Assembly: GCA_002269645.1 (NCBI GenBank)
Contig: NIVC01000571.1
Location: forward strand, 248,001-312,000
DNA from: Macrostomum lignano
Taxonomy: Eukaryota
Reading direction: 5' to 3'
Length of the DNA: 64,000 bases
The notes under the pieces were generated by a model that did not search any database, had not been told where the DNA came from, and worked only from the letters and a program-made list of their open reading frames with translations. Shown here piece after piece: positions 56,691-64,000 of the stretch; position 1 is the stretch's first letter, and the number at the start of each line of letters is the position of its first letter. The position numbers and the translations under genes are program-made.

Positions 56691-58559
56691 CTCCTGTAGA
56701 AAAAGATAATAATAATTACAGGGCACTTATGATATAACAAAAATGAAAAATATAAAATTTAACAAAGCCAAAAATTTATAGCAAGCATCACAGATTCTGT
56801 GCACGCTTGCAAAAACACGCTGCCTCAAAAAGACAGGCGCAAAGGGCAAAAGTACATACTCATATCGACTGTATAAAAAATTACTCAATATAATTTTGGC
56901 AAGGTGAGTGAAAGATTAACGATAGGACTTGAATGAAAATGTGCTGTTGAGTATAATGTAAATAAGCCAGTGCGAAATACTCATGTTGCCCTAACAGACC
57001 TGTGTACTGCTATTGGGCATATAACGTGATAGTATAAAATGGCTACAAATATATATATATAAAAAACAGATGTAAACAAGCCAATTCAATATGAGTCAAA
57101 AGGCGCTCGCATTTGTCTTGAGCAGCTCAAGCCTAAAATGCAAAAGTGATGGGAGGAGCGTAAAATCAATTTCAGTTGCATTGACGCATCGATAGGTCAA
57201 GTGGGTGCGGCGCGTTGGGGAGCTTTAGCGGGTTAAGGTCAAGATTTAGGAATTGAGGGCCACTTGATGAGGAATTGGGGTGCTGTGATGGGGAATTCAA
57301 GGGGTGCTGTGATGGGGAATTTGGGATGCTGTGATGAAGAATTGGGGTGCTGGGAATTGGCTCACATAGGCGTTTCAGCATGTTTGTGGAGTACAAGACA
57401 GTCTAGGCCTACAGACGATGGTCTGCAAGTCTGCAATGCTATTCGGCAGGTGAGGAATAGCGGGAGTTCTGGAAGGCAGACAACCCTCACGCTCCGCAGG
57501 ATGTTCAAGGTATACCCCAGGCTGCTGGACAGACCGAGCCCCGACGCTGGCAAACCATCCAGTGGCTCCGGCCAAATTCGCGTTGCGGCTTGCCCGCAGG
57601 CTACGGAGTGCAAGTGAAGCGCTGGTGGACCTTTCGTTTGGCCTCTGATTTTTCCGAGCCGCCTCTTAGCCGAGGAGTTTCTTGGTTGCTAGCCGTCGGG
57701 ACGGTAACGGCTTAAGCCACCCCCTACGCTATTCTCCTGGCTGGCTGTTGGGCTTGGGCTTGGGCTGGCCTATGGAGTATCCAAAAACATCCACCGCGTC
57801 CCTTGATGCTGCTGGAATTCCAACTGAGGTTGGTACCGCAGCTTAACTGGACAATTGGAGCACTGGAACTTTCTGTGCCTCTTACTCTAACAACCCTGTC
57901 GCCACCGAAGTGGCTGGACAACAGTGCAGCGGACCCCATATCTCAAAGAAGGCCCGTAGCATCGCCCGATTTGAATTCCGCCGGCACAAAGCTGAAGAAT
58001 GGAGAGCGGAAGCCGCCTCATCTTTCGCCTATGAGGAGGATACCAGAAGCTCTGCGAATACTGCGAAGGAGCCGACATCCAACAAAGGGACGGACTCCGC
58101 GCGTCGACCAGAAGCGTCGGGCGCCGACAAAGCTTTTGGTGCGGCTTGCTCCTCCCGCGGCGGGACCTCTACTCGTTAGGAAACTCCCACGGTTTCGAAC
58201 GCCTGCGGGCCCGGATTCAAGACTGCTGTGGAGGGATCCGAAGCGGCGGATGCTGACCAAACCACAAGCTGAAGTGCACCTATGCGACATTTAAGAGGAA
58301 GTCGGCTCTGATCATTTGAGGCCAGAAGACGCACCTTTCGGCCGAACAGCTCGACCAAAATCTGCCCCAGGTTGGACTCCCACCTGGTCCAGATGGCTTC
58401 AACTCCTGAAAACAAGCGTCTAGGACCAGGCCCTCCACACCCAACCCGCCATCACTAACGGTGACGGTCTACGCCGTCTGCCTTGGCAGCTAATCCGGAC
58501 TTGCTGGCAAATGGCGCAGTGGTTCATGAGACCGCAAGCCAGGCGGAGACTAGTTCACG

Positions 58560-59230
58560 GCCATCCTCGAAGTGTCTGATAGCTGGATGCTCCGCTACCC
58601 GGATATGTCTCATATCTCTGCCGGGCTGATGCTGATTCAAATCTTCAGATTCAGAGGAACTCCTTGCTTACCACCAATACCACCAATACTGAGTTTTGCG
58701 ATATAGGTGAACTTCTCACCTACGGGCGATGGATCGACGGAGGCCTTCGACGTGACCCTCGTCTCCCACGGCCTGGCTCCTCTGATCAAGGAATAAGAGG
58801 TGTGGGACGAAGAAGAGTCTCTGTCTAACCATCGCTTCGTTCGTTTGCGGCTGCAATCCTACTGCCCCCAACCAAACATCTTGTGGAAAAAGAACGTCTG
58901 GAACACTAACTGGACGGCTTTAACGGAAACCCTGAAATGCCAGACAGATAAGCTAACCACCGTCGTTCCTACCACCGGTCAGGAAGTGGATGACAGTGCG
59001 AACTTGCTCAGCAAGACCGTCCTGGCAGCTCATGAGGCCTCCTGTCCTCTCAAAGCATACAAAGACGAAATACCCGCCCCTTGGATCCCTCCGGCGCGAG
59101 GCTAAGTGCCTCCACCGAAAAGCTCGCAAGATCAAGGACCCAGCTGACCTGGCCGCTCATCAAGACGCGACACGCGACTTTAAGTGTGAAACCAAGAAAG
59201 CCGAGCGCGACAAGTGGCGCCAATACTGCG
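58560..59230 (+). mobile_element. Decayed LINE ORF2 fragment (APE endonuclease C-terminus and linker, R1/I/Jockey-like)
   Basis: FDVTLVSHGL..LIKE*EVWDEEESLSNHRFVRL, NWTAL, AAHEASCPLK..PW; contains stops and frameshifts. Confidence 0.6.
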
Positions 59231-60278
59231 CGGTCCCCTGTTCCTCCTCTGAACTCCGCGGTTGGACTTGACCACAGGGACATCAGAGCGTTTTGAGCGT
59301 TTTGGCTGTTTTGCTAGGCATCAGTACCTCCAGGCAAAAATCCGCAGTGAGGAATGCCTGATTATCCATATGCGATGGGTTAATCGAGGATGCTGGAGTG
59401 TGGACGCAAGGATTCCACTTCGCAAGCAGCTGGCGAGCTAATAAAAGATGCGCTGGGCTTTCACTGCGCTGGCTCTCACAATAGCAGCCCGCTAGCTCTG
59501 CGAGCCCAGCCTCGCCAAGCTCTCTTCATCTTTATGCTATTATCTGCTCTCAGGATGACAAATGAGCTGTCGAACTTTAAAGCAATAGCGGCAATTCATA
59601 GCAATTCAACAAGCTGAGCGCACTGCTCAGAGATAAGTGAATGCTCCATCTCAGCAGCTCACCTTAGTCTGAGCTGGCAAAGTCGGCAGATTGGCCCGCG
59701 CTGCCGCCGCTGCAATTAAAATGCAGTGCATTATGAGTTATAATATTTGAGACACTTAAGACGGCTGGCTGCTAGCAGACAGAGCAGCCAACTTTTGCTA
59801 ACTGCGTTGTAAAATATTTTTGGCAACGGTAGACAGTCATGCGATACCTCAGATCCGACAGTGTGAAGGCCATAAAACTGGATTAACAATAGAATCTTCT
59901 AGAATAGCATGAGCAAATGTTACTGAAGCCTAAGACCGCAAAAAGCCCGATAAAAGCGGATCATGGGTCGACTAGCGTTATTGCGGCGGAGCCGTCGCCA
60001 TATCAGCGCCAAAATGGCTGGATAGACATTTCTCGCCAGATAACGCCAGATTGTCATGAAAATTTAAGAAAATCGGCGTTATAGTGACGTCAAAATGGCG
60101 GAACGCCGGAATAGCGCCTCCGCCAGTTAAGCGCCACCTACCGGCGTTTATTCTGTCAATACCGTGGTAAAAGTGGATCAGCTTAAGCCGAAATAACGCC
60201 AGGCGTTATGAACACGTTTTTATCGGGAAACTTTGCAATAAAAAGGATTAACTTGAATTGGATGGAACGCAAGCTCAC

Positions 60279-60437
60279 AGTTGCAACTGTTGCTGGCCGA
60301 ATTGGTGCCGAGACTGCGTCATGGATGACATCGCAGTGCTGCTGTTGTGCTCCACTGACTGCGACTGTGTCATGGACGACACCGTAGTGCTGTTGGTTTG
60401 CTGTGCCGACTGCGACTGCAATTGAGCAATGCAACTA
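60279..60437 (-). CDS. Downstream exon (phase 2-2) of the KANK-like gene
   Basis: gacag|T AGT TGC...SSCIAQLQSQSAQQTNST...QQQLQ CT|gtgagc; phase matches the donor at 61238. Confidence 0.6.
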
Positions 60438-61237
60438 CTGTCAGGTACTGTCAGGTATAAGCTAGCCTCAAAGATCCACCAATTTCACAGCATTTTGCAC
60501 TCCCTGCCCTAAGCGCCACTGGTTATTAGGTTCGAGTGAAAATGCAGTTGAAACTGGCATCCACCACTATACAGTAGCATGCAATAGTAAACATAACTTT
60601 AGTGTGCAGACAGACCGCACCAGCGGGCAAGCGCTTTTTAACATTCCATATTTAGGCTATTTCTACAGTACAGCAGGGCATGCAACAGAGAGCAATAAAA
60701 CCTGCTACACGAGTAGGCGGTTAGGGAGACAGAGCAGCCTATAATAGCAGAGGAGCACCTAAGGAGCCTCGCTGCTACCGAAAATAGAAACGCGTGCGCG
60801 TTGCCGCGTGCGAGCAAGCCAGCTACTTTTGGCCTGTCGCGTCTGGCTTCGCTTCGAATATGAATTGCGAATATCAGAGGCACAAGCGTTGCGATTGAAC
60901 ACTTTTATATAAGGAATTCTCGGCTAGATTTTTTTTCGCAATTTACTCAAGGGGCTGCAAAGAGCGATAGAGAACGAGAAGACTCTTTCGTTCTCACGCG
61001 CGAAGCCTCTTGTTTTTTACTGCTTCTGAATTGCTACTAGTACACAAGCGAAGAAGATTGTGGTAAGGGGTAAACAACTTACAAAAGAGCTCTGCGATTG
61101 TAACATGGAGTTCTGGACGCGGTTACCGCTATCGAGCGCCATTCCATCAAGTCTGAAAAATAATTTAACTTGTTTATAAAGACTGCAAAATTGGTATATG
61201 ATCGTACAGCAAGTCAATAAAATACGCATGCACTCAC

Positions 61238-64000
61238 CTAGAATCTTCTTCTATAGGTTGCGGCGTTTCATATCCTTGAGTACCGGATGGGAAAACGCTG
61301 CTTACTTGCTGTTGAAAGGCAGAAGTGTGGGCACCGGAAGAAGAATTTGAAAAAGTAGAGTGCGGAGGAACTTGTCTACTTAAAATCTGTCTGCTGGCTA
61401 TCGTGCGACTCGTCATGACTGTGCCATCATCACTCGTGAATTGAAATTCCTGGTTCGAACTCTCCTCTTGGCCCTGCCAGCCAGAATCTGTTCTAGCCGT
61501 AATAGAGGAAAGCTGAGCGGAATCTTTTATGCTAGAACCACTGTCGGGACTGCTAAGTCGATCTCCATCTCCATCAAACGTTGATCTCTCTAAAGAATCT
61601 GATGTACTATTGGTTGTATAATCCGTTTCGTAGCGTCGCTTCACAACAGACGAATCAAAACGCGAGCCAGAAGAGTAGGTGCGCATAGAAGTAGTGTCTT
61701 TGGGTCAATAAAGTGATCAGAAGCTTTTAGGATTCCATGCTCTCTATTAAGCTCGTCAACATCTGAGCTGATGCCAGGGGGTTCTGGCGAAGCATCCATG
61801 CAAACTTGAAGACCAACACTTTTAACGTCTCTCTTAAGAAGTTCGGTAATTATGTTCACCATCTCAGCAGCGCTAATACCATACGATTGGCGCAGACTCT
61901 GGAAAAACATCAGTCTTTGGCTCGACACGGTTGAAATACTGGTTGAGTTTGATGAGAAATTGTTTCTTTGATATTCATTTGATTCAGCTGACCTTGAAAC
62001 AAGTTCTCGATCCTTGGGAGGCTCAGCATTAGGAACTGATTTTACTGCGGTACGAGTTTGCTTTCTGCCATCCTCAAATGATACATTCACACCAACTGAC
62101 CGCTGCGCCGGTTTGGCCTCTTCAATAAAAATATTAATCGCCACATCTCTGCAAGGTGGCTTCACCATTAGGCCAACCGTTCTGCGGTGAACAGGTGCTG
62201 AACTTGGCTGCGATTCACGAATCCGGACAGTCTCCTGAACGAATGTTCGGCTTTCTAGCTCACTGACGACAGATTTAAGACGCGCAATCTCGCTTAAGTA
62301 TTGCTCTTTCTTAGAAATATCCATTAATTCACGAGTCATCTCGCTCCTGGACTTTTCTGACACCTTGCTGTGTTCCGTGCTAGTCTTGTAAATTTCTGTC
62401 GTGTTCACTGTTGTATCGCCCTCTTTTTTACTTTTTTCAGGGCATAATGCACTACGATTATCCTCATCAATAGGCAAGTCATTCTGTACATCAGTGCAAG
62501 CATCAATATGCTCGGGTGTATCGATTGGCTGAGTGCTGAATACAGAGTCTACTAACGGATTAAGGATCGCATCTGTCTGCTCACACTTGTCACCAAACAT
62601 CCAGCGAAAATCTGGCTCAAGTTCTACAAGCCGGCTGACGGACTTATCAACTGTCTCAATAACAGGTTCACGCTTCTCTTTCTTAGGCTGATTTACGTGT
62701 GGGTCGTCTAACGGAGCTGGAATATCGACTTCGCTTATGGGCACCTTTTCAGGTTTTTCAGACTTTTCAGTTGGCTCACAAACGACAGGCAGATGTTCCG
62801 GTGAAATAAATTCTTCTAAAACAGAATCACGATCGGAAAATACATGCTGCGAAAAATCTTTGTAACGAGGAGCTTGCACATTAGGTTGAGATTTCGGTGT
62901 TAAATCTTCATTTTGTTCCGGGCTAGAATCTGACGACCCATCGCTGTTGTCTGGATCATTAGGTTCATCTGTCTTACTGGGAGGCGCATGAACAGTGGTG
63001 TTTCCAGTAGGTGTTAAATCGTCCTCAATTTCTGGGTCCGAATCTTCAGAATCAGTAGGATCTTCGTTAGCATTGGGTGCCTCTACATCCTTGTGAGTGT
63101 TAGGTGGAAAATCCTCCTCAATTTCTGGATCCGAATCTTCAGAATCAGTAGGATCTTCGTTAGCATTGGGTGCCTCTACATCCTTGTGAGCGTTTGGTGG
63201 AAAATCCTCCTCAATTTCTGGATCCGAATCTTCAGAATCACTAGGATCTTCGTTAGCATTGGGTGCCTCTACATCCTTGTGAGCGTTTGGTGGAAAACCC
63301 TCCTCAATTTCTGGATCCGAATCTTCAGAACCAGTAGGATCTTCGTTAGCATTGGGTGCCTCTACATCCTTGTGGGTGTTCGATGGAAAACCCTCGTCGA
63401 TTTCCGGATCCGATTCTTCTGAGCCAGTAGAACCTTTGCTTGCCTTTGGGGCATGCACATCTTTATCGTTAGACTCCGGCTTATGGTTACTCGCTGGCGG
63501 AGCATGAACAGCCGCCTGAGAACTAGGCGTCATATTTTCGTCTATCTCTGATCCATCCGATGAAACGGGGTCCGGTTGCCTAACCTTGCTTGGAGGAGAC
63601 TTTGCTTTTTTGCTTGTTTTTCGCTTGCTCGGAGATTCGCTAGAGGCCACAACCGAGCCCAAAAGTCCAGATGGAAAATCAGCCGTCTCAGTTGACTGGC
63701 TACGATGTTCGGATAAGTTTTCATCAGTTCCCACATTCGCATTAGCATGAGGGACAGCTGGCTTTGAGAATGTTACCGGCTCGGTAGCTGTCGATTGAGT
63801 TCTGTAGGCATCACGGGCAGGCTCAGGTGGCTGCACATTGGAAGCAGACGACTCAGAGCCATGGCTACTAGACTTATCCTGTTGCAGCGTGCGAAGCAAA
63901 TTCTGCAGCTCTGGCAGCTGACGCTCGATAGCGTCGAGACGAGCATTCTGTTTTTTCTTCGGAGATGGCTTTGGAGGCAATGGTGGCGGCACTTGGCTAT
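61238..64000 (-). CDS. Large exon of a KANK/VAB-19-like coiled-coil scaffold protein (partial), with an apparent -1 frameshift near 61700
   Basis: RLDAIERQLPELQNLLRTLQQDK coiled coil; RTVGL/RDVAI/RSVGV/KSVGLQV motifs; 93-bp (31-aa) acidic repeats at ~63000-63430; second frame 61234..61686 ends at donor AG|gtgagt. Family call is from motif resemblance only. Confidence 0.55.

Overview
Repeat-rich animal genomic DNA with GT-AG introns packed with minisatellites. The style resembles the flatworm Macrostomum, but this is an inference I cannot verify here. The main finding is a 7-exon minus-strand gene (13937->4797). By manual splicing it gives one uninterrupted 920-aa protein that fuses a bacterial-type HypX/HoxX CO-forming enzyme (formyltransferase + crotonase domains) to an MTHFD1/FolD-type dehydrogenase/cyclohydrolase, the enzyme that makes HypX's substrate N10-formyl-THF. 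A second bacterial-type enzyme, a fold-type-I Orn/Lys/Arg decarboxylase with a receiver-like N-terminus, is also intron-split (5 exons, 54602->49407, 656 aa). Other genes are an ankyrin-repeat gene, an atypical intronless DEG/ENaC channel, a KANK-like gene fragment, and a three-copy orphan family. One orphan copy is split by a young, intact BEL/Pao retrotransposon. Other mobile DNA comprises RTE LINE fragments, a rearranged DIRS/Ngaro YR element, a truncated Gypsy element, MITEs and two minimal hammerhead ribozyme motifs. Splice models and family assignments come from reading the sequence and motif recognition, not from database searches.
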